Assembly: GCA_964504865.1 (NCBI GenBank)
Contig: CAZDFS010000008.1
Location: 6,711 to 70,710, forward strand
From: an uncultured Wenzhouxiangella sp.
GTDB taxonomy: Bacteria > Pseudomonadota > Gammaproteobacteria > Xanthomonadales > Wenzhouxiangellaceae
Reading direction: 5' to 3'
DNA length: 64,000 nucleotides
Shown here: piece by piece, positions 27,867-39,061 of the stretch
Numbering within the stretch: the stretch's first letter is position 1
Layout: each line of letters begins with the position of its first letter
Made by a program: the position numbers and the translations under genes
The notes under the pieces: generated by a model
The model's database searches: none
Told to the model about the DNA's origin: nothing
What the model saw: the letters and a program-made list of their open reading frames with translations, nothing else

Positions 27867-29756
27867 TCAGAACGAGTAGTTGACAGTGGCCGAGACAAAG
27901 TCACGATCGCTGAGCAAGTTGTTGATACCACCACCAAAGAAGTTGGTGTATGCGAAGCCGACCTGGAGATTGGCCAGGTAGCTGAAGTTCAAGCCGACGG
28001 TGGCCTGCATCCGATCTTCGATGAACGGCCCACCCGGCCCCGGCGTTACGCCCTGGACATCGTGATTGAAGGCCAGGCGCGGACTCATGTTCCATGAGGT
28101 TCCGAAGACCGAGTTGTAGGTCGGTGCGATGACCAGGCGGTAGCCCCAGCTGAACGGCGTGGCAAAGCCGTCGGTCGTGGTCGTGGGGTTGCGCCCGGCG
28201 CCAGCGAATCGGTTCGGTCCACCGCCGGTATCCGTACCGGGGCCTTCGAAGCGAAGCTCGTCCTGGCTCGGCAGGTCCCAGAAGTGAGTCGCGCCGAGCT
28301 CGGCGACGACGGCAACCTGATCCGCGCCAATGAAGTTGTTCGGCCCGAAAACGTTGGTAAAGGTCATCTGCAGCTGCGACGACTTGCGGCGCTCGTAGCC
28401 CGGGATGAACTCGCCCGGCCCGTAGGATCCCAGCTGGCTGCGGAACCGACTGTACTCGTCGGGGATGGCGCCGTTAAGGGGCGACAGACCCGCAAAGAGC
28501 AGCTCGACATCATCGATCTGGACCGGCACGTTGTCACGGTAGGTCAGCTCGCCGGACCAGGACCAGTTCCCTGGAATCGTGGTGTTGAAGCTCAGGCCCA
28601 ACATGTCGATATCTTCCGGAAACTCGACGATCACGGCACCGGTGGAAACATCGCTGCTGGTCACGGCCTGACCCGAAAGCACCGGCAGGCGGCTGTGATA
28701 ACGCAGGTAGTAGAGACCGAATTCCGTCTCGTTCAGTCCGGCGGCAAAGTAGCGGAAAGCAAGACCGTACTGGCCGCTGTCCGAGGCCTTGTTGTCTTCT
28801 GCCCGGGGGAACGCTGCGGAGCAGCCAGCACCTACCAGGGCCGGGGACAGGTCAGTGCGGTCGCTGGCGCCGAAATTGCCCGCCCCGCAGACCGTATCGA
28901 AGAGATCCGCGTTGATCACCGGCTGCGGCACCAGACCGAAGTTCAGCATGGCGTAGCGACCGCCGGCGGTGGCGAAGTCGTTGGTCGAGAAGAAGGTCCC
29001 GACCGGTTCGGCCTCGACCTCGTCGAACTCGAACATGACCAGTGCTTCCATCGACAGGTTGGTGGTCAGGTCAATGGAGCCCCAGAGCATGTTCAGGGGC
29101 AGAAACGCGTTTCTCAGCTCGGCCCCTGCGGTCCGAATCGCGGTGATATCGACCGGGTTGATGACGTTCAGGCCACCGGGAATGAAGGTGGACTCCCCCC
29201 AGCTGATGACCTGGCGGCCAGCGCGCATCGACAGCAGGCGATCGCCGACCTCGAAATCCGCATAAGCGTAGGCGTCGAGCAGGCGTGCCCGTGAGCCGAC
29301 GCGATCCTTGGCGCGGTCGGTCAGGAAGTCGGCGTCGTTGAGCTCGAAGTCGTAGTTGTAGTCGCCGCGAACGAAGAAGCCGTAGTTCTTGTAGTCGACC
29401 GCCAGCTCCGAAGTCACGCGGACCGCGTTGAAGATCAGGTCGTTCTTGTCGAAGTTGGTATTGCCGTCATCGGAGTTGGCGGAAAAGCGCCCGAGCGCTG
29501 CCTCTTGAGCAGCGGGCGGTGCCGCGAAAATCGCCGGATTGAAGCGCGATTTTGCGACCAGGTCGTTGTCCCGACCCTCAACGCGCATGCCGACGCCGTA
29601 GCTGACGGTGGTGTCCAGGCGAATGCTGACCTCATCGGTGCTGAGGTCAACGGCCTGGGCCGGATTGGCCGTCAAAGCAAGACCGATCGCGCTTGCCAAC
29701 AGGCAGGGACGGATCAGGCCTGCTTTGGGCAGTGTGTTTTTCTTGAGCCGATTCAT
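27867..29756 (-). CDS. DUF1302-family outer-membrane beta-barrel protein
   Basis: 629 aa. Signal peptide ...LTANPAQA, alternating beta-strand pattern and a C-terminal ...ATVNYSF (terminal Phe beta-signal). Confidence 0.8.
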   Translation of the reverse strand: MNRLKKNTLPKAGLIRPCLLASAIGLALTANPAQAVDLSTDEVSIRLDTTVSYGVGMRVEGRDNDLVAKSRFNPAIFAAPPAAQEAALGRFSANSDDGNTNFDKNDLIFNAVRVTSELAVDYKNYGFFVRGDYNYDFELNDADFLTDRAKDRVGSRARLLDAYAYADFEVGDRLLSMRAGRQVISWGESTFIPGGLNVINPVDITAIRTAGAELRNAFLPLNMLWGSIDLTTNLSMEALVMFEFDEVEAEPVGTFFSTNDFATAGGRYAMLNFGLVPQPVINADLFDTVCGAGNFGASDRTDLSPALVGAGCSAAFPRAEDNKASDSGQYGLAFRYFAAGLNETEFGLYYLRYHSRLPVLSGQAVTSSDVSTGAVIVEFPEDIDMLGLSFNTTIPGNWSWSGELTYRDNVPVQIDDVELLFAGLSPLNGAIPDEYSRFRSQLGSYGPGEFIPGYERRKSSQLQMTFTNVFGPNNFIGADQVAVVAELGATHFWDLPSQDELRFEGPGTDTGGGPNRFAGAGRNPTTTTDGFATPFSWGYRLVIAPTYNSVFGTSWNMSPRLAFNHDVQGVTPGPGGPFIEDRMQATVGLNFSYLANLQVGFAYTNFFGGGINNLLSDRDFVSATVNYSF

Positions 29757-29770
29757 CGAATTTCTCCCTG

Positions 29771-31918
29771 TCAGTCGGTCTGGATCAGTGACGTGTCGCC
29801 GACCAGAACCGCGGCGCCACCGGAGGCCATCATGCTGGTGGCCTGGGTCTGCATTTCAGTCGTCACCGCAAGCGAAGCCGTCGGGTCGAGCAAGGACCCG
29901 TGGCTACCCTGAATGAAGCGGACGGCGCCGCGAATACCGGCCGGGTCAACGTTCTGACCGGCGTCGGTAATCGGGCTCAAGCCCATCACGCGGATCAGGG
30001 GCTCGGTGCCCGACAAGGGCGCCCCTGGCACAGCGTTCGGAATGACCGTATCGCCCGCCACCTGATGGAGCAGGACGGAATTGGTCTGAACCGTCGTTGC
30101 GCCCCAGTTGATCGGATCAGCGGAATCGAGGACGGTCTGGGCAATCAGCAGAAACTGATTGAAGTCTGCCGAGCCAGGCTCGATGCCGGCGGCCTGCAGA
30201 CCGCCGCGAACGACGGGCCCGAAGGTCTGGGAACCGTTGAGCAGCTGCGCGATGCCGCCACCCGGCACCGAAAGAACCGCGTTGTTGACGGTCGGCTCGA
30301 CGGCGAGGAAGGGAATGCCGTTGATCGAACCCAGCGACAGGCCGGTGAAGTTGATGCTCGACCCGTCGATGTCGCCGAGCTGGTCACCGTCCAGGTCGAT
30401 GTTCGGAATATTCAGCGCCAGGATGCTCAGGTCCGCCTGCGCCTGGCGATTGTTGTCCCGCGAGGTCAGCAGCGAGGGCAGATTGATGAACCACGCCCCG
30501 GACGAGTCGATCGCCATATCCGGCCCCGGCGCACCGGTCTCGTTATTCTGCAGATCGAGATCGAAGGTCCGCTCGCGGGCAAACGGTCCGAAGGGCGTAT
30601 TGCCGATGTAGAAGGGGTTGGTCACATCGGTAATGCCGTGGAGCGGCTGGTCGATGGCGATGGTCGCCAGACCCTGGGAGGCAAAGGCGTCGGCGATCGC
30701 CAGCATCTGGGTCCGGTTGCCGGTGATGCCGTGCTGGAAGATCACGATGGGCCAGCCAGCGGCAGGCCGGGTCTGGCCCGAGCTGGCGTTGGGCACGGTC
30801 ATGATCACCGGCACGCGCTCGGTCGAGGTCTGGACCGGGAACGGATTGGCCACGGTCACGGCCGTGGACGTCGGGTCAAGCCCGAGTTCGCTGAAGGGCG
30901 GGACGTAGGCGCCCGGCTCGGCGGTCCAGAAGTCGCTCAGCGGGGCCGTCGGATTCTCCGGCGTGGGCACGCCGAGGTAGTAGGGCACTTCCATCATGCC
31001 GATGTAGACGTTGGCAATACCCGGTGAGGCGCCCGGCGGCAGCACGTCCGCCGTGGTCAGGCAGACCTCCGGGGCGGGGCAGGCCTGAGCGACCGTGATC
31101 GAGGTCGGCTGCGCCTGGGAGCGGATCGCGCTCAATACCGGCGTGACCGCCTGGGTCGTGCCGGTGAAGGACAGCACGATGTCGTCGGGATTGATGCCGG
31201 CCGAGGCCGCGGCGGCTTCCTGGGCGTTGGTCAGCTGGCGCAGCGGCTCGAGAGCCTGAGCCGTGGCGTTGTCGAAGAGCGTATCGGTGCTGTTACCGCC
31301 GCCATCGACCAATGGCGACGTGCGCTTGGTGATGAAGTAGGTCTGCGACGGTGTCGCTGCCGTTCCCGCCGTGTCCAGGATGCCGTTGGTGGCGACGACC
31401 ATGTAGCCGGTCATCTCCTGCAGGGGCTGCAGGGGCACGACGGCAATCGTGCGGCCCGTCGGGTCCAGGGTTGCGACATAGTCGACGCCCGGCGTCAGCT
31501 CGCGGTTGATGCCACCCACGGCAATCGTGCCCTGAATGAATGCCACCTCGAAGAAGCGCACCGTATTGGCGTTGACCGTGTTCGGGTCGATGTCCTGGGA
31601 GAAAGAAAAGGTCCATGGCGTGACCGGACTGAAGCCGTCGAGCTGGGACAGGGCAACGGCGGGATCGCCGAAGTCCGTCGGATCGGCCACCGGCGGGTTC
31701 AGGGTCAGATCGCCCGACCCCGACAGCAGCAGGTTGGTCGGGAACGGCAGGTTGCCGCCGGAGGGATCAAAGATGGCTTCATTGATCTGCGTGGTCGGAT
31801 TGCCATCCGGGTTGGTCGCCGGGTTGACGGGCGTGGCTCGGTCAACGCTGGACGAGCCGCCGCAGCCGACAAGCCACAACAGCGCCAATCCAGGAGCCAG
31901 AAGCGGGCGTACCTTCAT
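29771..31918 (-). CDS. Lipoprotein lipase/phospholipase of the VolA/Pla-1/cef type
   Basis: 715 aa. Lipobox LWLVGC, alpha/beta-hydrolase core IVIFQHGITGNR...IDQPLHG and nucleophile elbow GLSLG (GxSxG). Confidence 0.72.
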   Translation of the reverse strand: MKVRPLLAPGLALLWLVGCGGSSSVDRATPVNPATNPDGNPTTQINEAIFDPSGGNLPFPTNLLLSGSGDLTLNPPVADPTDFGDPAVALSQLDGFSPVTPWTFSFSQDIDPNTVNANTVRFFEVAFIQGTIAVGGINRELTPGVDYVATLDPTGRTIAVVPLQPLQEMTGYMVVATNGILDTAGTAATPSQTYFITKRTSPLVDGGGNSTDTLFDNATAQALEPLRQLTNAQEAAAASAGINPDDIVLSFTGTTQAVTPVLSAIRSQAQPTSITVAQACPAPEVCLTTADVLPPGASPGIANVYIGMMEVPYYLGVPTPENPTAPLSDFWTAEPGAYVPPFSELGLDPTSTAVTVANPFPVQTSTERVPVIMTVPNASSGQTRPAAGWPIVIFQHGITGNRTQMLAIADAFASQGLATIAIDQPLHGITDVTNPFYIGNTPFGPFARERTFDLDLQNNETGAPGPDMAIDSSGAWFINLPSLLTSRDNNRQAQADLSILALNIPNIDLDGDQLGDIDGSSINFTGLSLGSINGIPFLAVEPTVNNAVLSVPGGGIAQLLNGSQTFGPVVRGGLQAAGIEPGSADFNQFLLIAQTVLDSADPINWGATTVQTNSVLLHQVAGDTVIPNAVPGAPLSGTEPLIRVMGLSPITDAGQNVDPAGIRGAVRFIQGSHGSLLDPTASLAVTTEMQTQATSMMASGGAAVLVGDTSLIQTD

Positions 31919-32276
31919 CGTATTTTCTCCCCGAAGCTCGAGTGCTTTATTAGGTTTGCTTGATATACACGGACCGATCTCAGGCGGGCCGCTTTCTGCG
32001 CGTATGATATGAACATCATCTTAAGATTTGCAAGCAACTGGCCTTTTTGTTGAAAGAAAATTAGGGTCTGCAACCTAATTTCGAGAAACGCATGGCAGTC
32101 GCTCGGCATCGATACCGCAGCCGCCATGATTTGATCGAGGCAAAGGGCATGCTCCAAGACCGGTCTCGCCAATGCCTAGTCGACGCCAGCCCCCGCGGCG
32201 TTCGGGAAAGCGAGGGCCTACCCGAGGACCCCGATCAACGTTGCCCGGCACGCTCGCTGCCATCGCGGAGACCACG

Positions 32277-33554
32277 ATGAAATCTGCTGAGACAAAAAGA
32301 CCACTGCTCGCCAGCCTGGGCCCTGGCCTGCTCATGGCCGGTGCCGCCGTCGGCGTATCGCACCTGGTCCAGGCCACGCGCGCCGGGGCCGAGTATGGCC
32401 TCAGCCTCCTCGGCCTGGTGCTCCTGACCTGCGTCCTGAAGTATCCCTTTCTCGAATTCGGACCACGCTACGCGGCGGCCACGGGCGAGAGCATGATCGC
32501 CGGCTACAAGCGCATGGGCGACTGGGCGCTGGGCATCTTCACCCTGATCACCCTGACAACGGCATTCATCATCCTGGCCGGCGTCACGATCGTCACTGCT
32601 GGATTGACCGGGGTCCTGTTCGGCCTGGACTACTCCATCGGCCTGCTCTCGGCGCTGGTCCTGGGAGGCTGCATGCTGCTCCTGGCCATCGGCCGTTTCC
32701 GGGGCCTCGATCTGCTGATGAAACTGATCATGACGATCCTGTCCCTGTCGACGCTCGCTGCCGTCGTGATCGCCCTGGGCGCCGAACCCGACTGGCAGGC
32801 GATCGGCAGCGCCGGACAGATCGATGCCCTGTGGAGCGCCGCCGGCCTGGCCTTCATCCTGGCGCTGCTGGGCTGGATGCCGATTCCCCTCGACGTGGCC
32901 GCCTGGCACTCGCTCTGGACCCTGGAGCGCGCGCGCCAGACTGGCCATGCACCGAGCGTGCGTGCGGCCGTCATCGATTTTCGCATCGGCTTTATCGGCG
33001 CGACGGTGCTCGCAGCCCTGTTCCTGATCCTTGGTGCCCTGGTCATGGCCGGGCAGTCGGAGTCGATACCCAGCTCGTCGGTCGGATTCGCGGCCCTGCT
33101 GATCGAACTCTACACGGCCAATCTGGGCGACTGGTCCAGGCCCCTGATCACGATCGCAGCCTGGACGACGATGTTCTCGACCACGCTGGCGGTCGCCGAT
33201 GCCTACCCGCGCGCCATTCGCGAACTGATCGAGATCAGCGGCGCCGCCGACACCGAGGACCCGACACCCAACCTGCCGCGTTCGCGCTACCTGAGCGCCT
33301 CGATCCTGCTCTCGGTCGGTGCCCTGGTCATCATCCATTTCTTCGGTGACCGATTCACCGCGCTCATCGACTTCGTCACCACCGTGTCGTTTCTCGCCGC
33401 CCCGGTCCTGGCCTGGCTCAGCCTGTCGCTGCTGACCGGCCCGCATACACCGGCGGCGCACCGTCCCGGACCGTTCCTGCGCACGCTGGCCTGGACGGGC
33501 CTGGTCTTTCTCACGGGATTCAGCCTGGTCTGGATCGGCTGGCGCCTTTTCTGA
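32277..33554 (+). CDS. NRAMP-related divalent metal cation transporter
   Basis: About 425 aa and 11-12 TM helices. N-terminal ...LGPGLLMAGAAVGVSHLVQATRAGAEYG... resembles the NRAMP/MntH-like family. Start set at ATG 32277 (MKSAETKR). Confidence 0.65.
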   Translation: MKSAETKRPLLASLGPGLLMAGAAVGVSHLVQATRAGAEYGLSLLGLVLLTCVLKYPFLEFGPRYAAATGESMIAGYKRMGDWALGIFTLITLTTAFIILAGVTIVTAGLTGVLFGLDYSIGLLSALVLGGCMLLLAIGRFRGLDLLMKLIMTILSLSTLAAVVIALGAEPDWQAIGSAGQIDALWSAAGLAFILALLGWMPIPLDVAAWHSLWTLERARQTGHAPSVRAAVIDFRIGFIGATVLAALFLILGALVMAGQSESIPSSSVGFAALLIELYTANLGDWSRPLITIAAWTTMFSTTLAVADAYPRAIRELIEISGAADTEDPTPNLPRSRYLSASILLSVGALVIIHFFGDRFTALIDFVTTVSFLAAPVLAWLSLSLLTGPHTPAAHRPGPFLRTLAWTGLVFLTGFSLVWIGWRLF

Positions 33555-33593
33555 GCGCTGCCGCGCGCCACGGGACGGTCGAGCCCGGTCGGA

Positions 33594-35375
<1,782 letters not shown>

Positions 35376-35496
35376 CCCTGCCTGTACTCCTGCTGCGAAC
35401 TGGAATCACGCGCATCAACACGCGGCGGTCGGATCGCCCGACCGAGCTGGCAAGAGTATCAAAATCACCCCGGGCCGACCGCGCCGCTGGCGCGCA

Positions 35497-37833
35497 TCAG
35501 AGCGCTTCGAGCACCATTTCGATCGCCTCGACCCAGCCCGGCGCAACACCCGGCGCGGCGCGATAGATCGCCAGGGTGCGCTCGGCGTGGTCCCGCGCCA
35601 GCGCGATCTGTCCCTGGTCTCGGTAAATCAGCGCCAGGGCCTCGTAGGCCTTGCCCGTGCGTGGATGGTCGTCCCCCCAGCCGGCCCGGGCCACCTCCAG
35701 TGCTCGCCTGGCGTGAACCTCGGCTTCATCGAGCTGGCCTGCGATGGTCAGCATGCGCGCCAGGTTGGTCAGGCCCGTGGCGGTCTGCGGGTGCGCATCG
35801 CCAAGCGTTGCCAGACGAATTTCCACGGAACGGCGCTGGGTCGCGATCGCTTCGTCATAGCGTTCGAGGGTGTGGAACAGGATCGATTGGTTGTTCAGGG
35901 CAATCGCGTAGTTGGGGTGCATCTGGCCGGTCGTGGCTTCCTGCACGGCGAGCGCTTCGTCGAAGGCATCGAGGGCGCCCTGCCCGTCACCCAGCCCGTC
36001 TCGGGCCGTGGCGAGATTACTCCACAGGGTGGCCAGCGTGTCCGGGGTAATCGCTGTCTCATCGACAAAGGTCAGCGCGCGCTCGGCCAGCTGGCTCGCC
36101 TCCTCGTAGCGGCCGGCGTCGTTGGCCATGCCCGACCAGTTGACGAGGACGGTGGCCCGCCGCGTGCGCGCCTCCTGGCCCGGCAGCTGGTCGATCCATT
36201 CCAGCGCGCGGCGAAAATGGTCTCGCGCCTGTTCGAAGTCACTCTCCCACCAGGCGACGATGGCCAACCCATCCTCGACCTCGGACATGGCCAGCGGGTT
36301 GCCTAACGGCCGGCGCAGGTCAGCGGATCGCTCAAGCTGCTCCCGCGCCAGGGCGGTTTCGCCCAGGTTCTGCAGGGCGTACCCGATCTGATAGCGCATG
36401 TCGGCCTCGAGCTCGGGCTGACCCGCGAATCGATCGCCAAGCTCCGGCAGCGACTGCTTGATGGCCCCGGCCAGGGTGGCCGAGGCGGCGTTCTCGTAGG
36501 GGTCGGCGCGGTTGATCATTTCAACGAGGAACTGCCGGGCGGCCTCGGCCTGATCGCGCTGGCGCTGGGCCTCGCTGGACTGGATCAGAACCGCAACCAG
36601 CGCCCCCGACAGCAGGACAAACGCGAGTGCCGTCGACGCCACGCCGGCCCGGTGACGGCCGATGAATTTGCTCAGGCGATAGAGGCGCGACGCCCCGCGC
36701 GCCCGCACGGGCTGGCCGGCCAGGTGGCGCTCGATATCCTCACGCAGCGCCATCACGCTGGCAAAACGCTCGACGGGCTCGCGGCGCATGGCCGTCATCA
36801 CGATGCGGTCGATATCACCGCGCAGTCGCTCGCGGAGCTGACCGGCGCCCTCAAGGCCGGCCGGCAGGGCGTCCCGGCCCCGCACGACCGCCTGGCTGGG
36901 ATCGGCCGGCAGGGTGCCCAGGACCACGCGTTCCGCCTCGGCCGGACTCAGCGCCGAAATCTGGTAAGGACGCTGACCGGTCACCAGTTCATACAGCATG
37001 ACCCCCATCGAATAGACGTCGCTGGGCATCCCGATCGCCTGCCCCGTGAGCTGTTCCGGACTGGCGTATTCGGGCGTCAGCGGTCGCTGCTCGATGCGCG
37101 TTTCTGGCAGCTCCAGATCCAGCGCCTCCGGCGACAGCACCTTGGCAATGCCGAAATCGATCAACTTGGGATCCCCGGCCTCGCTGATCAGAACATTACC
37201 TGGCTTGATATCGCGGTGAACGATGCCACGCCGATGGGCAAAGGCCAGGGCGTCACAGACCTTGCCGAACAGCTTGAGGCGCTCAGCCAGATCGAGACGC
37301 TGGCGCTCACAGTAGCGAGTGATGGGCAGGCCCTCCACGAGCTCCATGGCCACGTAAGGGGTGCCGTCTGCCGCCGTTCCCCCGTCAATGATTCGGGCGA
37401 TATTCGGGTGCTCGAGGGAGGCCAGAATCTGTCGCTCGGCATCGAATCGGCGCCGCGCCGAGGTGTCCATGTGATGGGCCCGGAACAGCTTGATCGCAAC
37501 GTCGTGGCGGTAGGTCCCATCCACTCGGCGGGCCCGATAGACCGTGCTCATGCCGCCCGACGCGAGCTCGCTGATGAGCTCGTAGGCCCCGAGGCGCTCG
37601 CCGACCCGGTTGATGGCTGAGTGCGGGCTGCATTCGAGGAACGCCCCGCTCCGGCGGTCCGCCTCGAGCAGGCGGAGGACCGCGGCACGCAGGGCCTGGT
37701 TCGCTCCGCAGCGGGACATCAACCAGTCCTTGCGCTCGGACTCGGGCTGGTCCAGGCTTTCGGAAAACAGCGCCATCGCCTCACGGTCCTGGGACCCGAC
37801 CGGCTGCGTCGGCGGATCGGCGTCAGTGGACAT
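35497..37833 (-). CDS. Transmembrane Ser/Thr protein kinase with C-terminal TPR domain
   Basis: 778 aa. VAIK, HRDIKPGN (RD type), DFG and SPEQ motifs. TM helix (ASTALAFVLLSGALVAVLI) followed by TPR repeats. Confidence 0.85.
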   Translation of the reverse strand: MSTDADPPTQPVGSQDREAMALFSESLDQPESERKDWLMSRCGANQALRAAVLRLLEADRRSGAFLECSPHSAINRVGERLGAYELISELASGGMSTVYRARRVDGTYRHDVAIKLFRAHHMDTSARRRFDAERQILASLEHPNIARIIDGGTAADGTPYVAMELVEGLPITRYCERQRLDLAERLKLFGKVCDALAFAHRRGIVHRDIKPGNVLISEAGDPKLIDFGIAKVLSPEALDLELPETRIEQRPLTPEYASPEQLTGQAIGMPSDVYSMGVMLYELVTGQRPYQISALSPAEAERVVLGTLPADPSQAVVRGRDALPAGLEGAGQLRERLRGDIDRIVMTAMRREPVERFASVMALREDIERHLAGQPVRARGASRLYRLSKFIGRHRAGVASTALAFVLLSGALVAVLIQSSEAQRQRDQAEAARQFLVEMINRADPYENAASATLAGAIKQSLPELGDRFAGQPELEADMRYQIGYALQNLGETALAREQLERSADLRRPLGNPLAMSEVEDGLAIVAWWESDFEQARDHFRRALEWIDQLPGQEARTRRATVLVNWSGMANDAGRYEEASQLAERALTFVDETAITPDTLATLWSNLATARDGLGDGQGALDAFDEALAVQEATTGQMHPNYAIALNNQSILFHTLERYDEAIATQRRSVEIRLATLGDAHPQTATGLTNLARMLTIAGQLDEAEVHARRALEVARAGWGDDHPRTGKAYEALALIYRDQGQIALARDHAERTLAIYRAAPGVAPGWVEAIEMVLEAL

Positions 37834-38392
37834 CGTCGACGAGCTGCAGATACAGCCAGGCCTTGGCGGCTCGCCAGTGGCGCTTGGCTGTCGACGGAGA
37901 AATATCCATGGCCGCGGCGGTCTCTTCGATCGTCAGACCGCCGAAATAACGCATCTCGACGAGGCGTGCCTGATCCGGGTGGAGCGCCTCGAGCTTGAGG
38001 AGCGCCTCGTCAAGGGCAAGCAGGTCGATGGCTTCGGTCTGGCCCGTCGGCGTGCCGTAGATCAGCGTCGGTGCGACGTCGTTATTGCGCTTGCCGGCCT
38101 GCTTGCGTCGACCGGAGTCGATCAGGATCTGGCGCATCATGCGCGCGGCAACGGCGATGAAATGGACGCGATCATTGGCCTGGAGCCGGTCCACGCCGAG
38201 GAGCTTCAGATAAGCCTCGTTGACCAGAGCGGTCGGCTGCAGCGTGTGGTTGGCGCGCTCGCCAGAGAGCTGGGCCCGAGCAACGCGCTTGAGCTCCGAG
38301 TAAACGGCCTCGATCACCTGATCTCGCGCGTCGGATTCCCCCATCGACCAGCGCTTGAGAATTCGAGTGATGTCTCGGCCAGCTTCCGCCAT
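37823..38392 (-). CDS. ECF-type sigma factor (TIGR02999-like, kinase-associated)
   Basis: ITRILKRW...GESDARDQVIEAVYSELKRVA...HTLQPTALVNEAYLKL... plus a C-terminal HTH (GGLTIEETAAAMDISPSTAKRHW). Overlaps the kinase start by 11 nt. Start set at ATG 38392. Confidence 0.85.
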   Translation of the reverse strand: MAEAGRDITRILKRWSMGESDARDQVIEAVYSELKRVARAQLSGERANHTLQPTALVNEAYLKLLGVDRLQANDRVHFIAVAARMMRQILIDSGRRKQAGKRNNDVAPTLIYGTPTGQTEAIDLLALDEALLKLEALHPDQARLVEMRYFGGLTIEETAAAMDISPSTAKRHWRAAKAWLYLQLVDDVH

Positions 38393-38427
38393 CGAGCACA
38401 CCCCTTGGTCACGTCCATCGACGTTCG

Positions 38428-38456
38428 AGTCTAGTGCGTCGACACGATGGCGACAA
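38428..38456 (-). promoter_or_regulatory. Candidate sigma-70 promoter (TTGTCG-N17-TAGACT) upstream of the second ECF sigma gene
   Basis: The minus strand reads TTGTCG ccatcgtgtcgacgcac TAGACT, 35 nt before ATG 38392. Same -35 hexamer and spacing as at 21864-21892. Confidence 0.3.
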
Positions 38457-38551
38457 GCCGGAAATCTTGCCCATTGAAGGTCCATGGACGTGCTGCACAT
38501 CGATTAGGTGCCCTGCGCTACCTGATCCGCCGGCAGTCTCCGGTCCGGTCT

Positions 38552-39061
38552 TCAGGGCAAGGTTCGCAGCGTCAGCTCGCCCTGGCGCTGCACCAGCTCG
38601 AGTTCGCGCAGAAAGCTCATGCCGAGGAGCACTGTGTCGTGGCGGCCGGGGTTGATGGCGGCGCGAACATCGCGCTTGACGATGTCACCGAGACGCACTT
38701 CATCGAGCCGGGTCAGGTAACCCTGCACCGGGCCCGCCGCGGTTTGCAGCCCGATCGGGGCTTCCCGCACCAGGCCCATGTCGTCGGCCAGGGCCTCGGG
38801 AATGGAAACCAGGGTGGCGCCCGTATCGACGAGGAAGGTCACGCCGCGCCCGTTGATGCCCCCGCTGGCGACGAAATGACCCTGCCGGTCGGAGCGCAGC
38901 GTGACCTGCACCCCGTTCGCGATCCGCTCGCTGTTGACCACCTGATTCGGGTTGGCGCGCTGATCGAGCTGGCCGGAAAAGAACCAGGTCAGAATGCCCA
39001 GCATGCCGAGGGCGGCAATGAGCATCATGCCGAAGCCGGTTTTTTGATCGGATTGACTCAC
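38552..39061 (-). CDS. Retropepsin-like (clan AA, TIGR02281-type) membrane-anchored aspartic protease
   Basis: 169 aa. N-terminal TM helix, FLVDTGAT active-site motif and LLGMSFL flap-like motif. GTG start overlaps the aceF TGA (GTGA). The exact start is uncertain. Confidence 0.75.
   Translation of the reverse strand: MSQSDQKTGFGMMLIAALGMLGILTWFFSGQLDQRANPNQVVNSERIANGVQVTLRSDRQGHFVASGGINGRGVTFLVDTGATLVSIPEALADDMGLVREAPIGLQTAAGPVQGYLTRLDEVRLGDIVKRDVRAAINPGRHDTVLLGMSFLRELELVQRQGELTLRTLP

Noticed and set aside
32100-32276. Metal riboswitch (yybP-ykoY Mn or czcD NiCo type) in the leader of the NRAMP-like gene
   Set aside because: I could not find the conserved core segments I remember for these classes. 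This needs a covariance-model scan before any claim.
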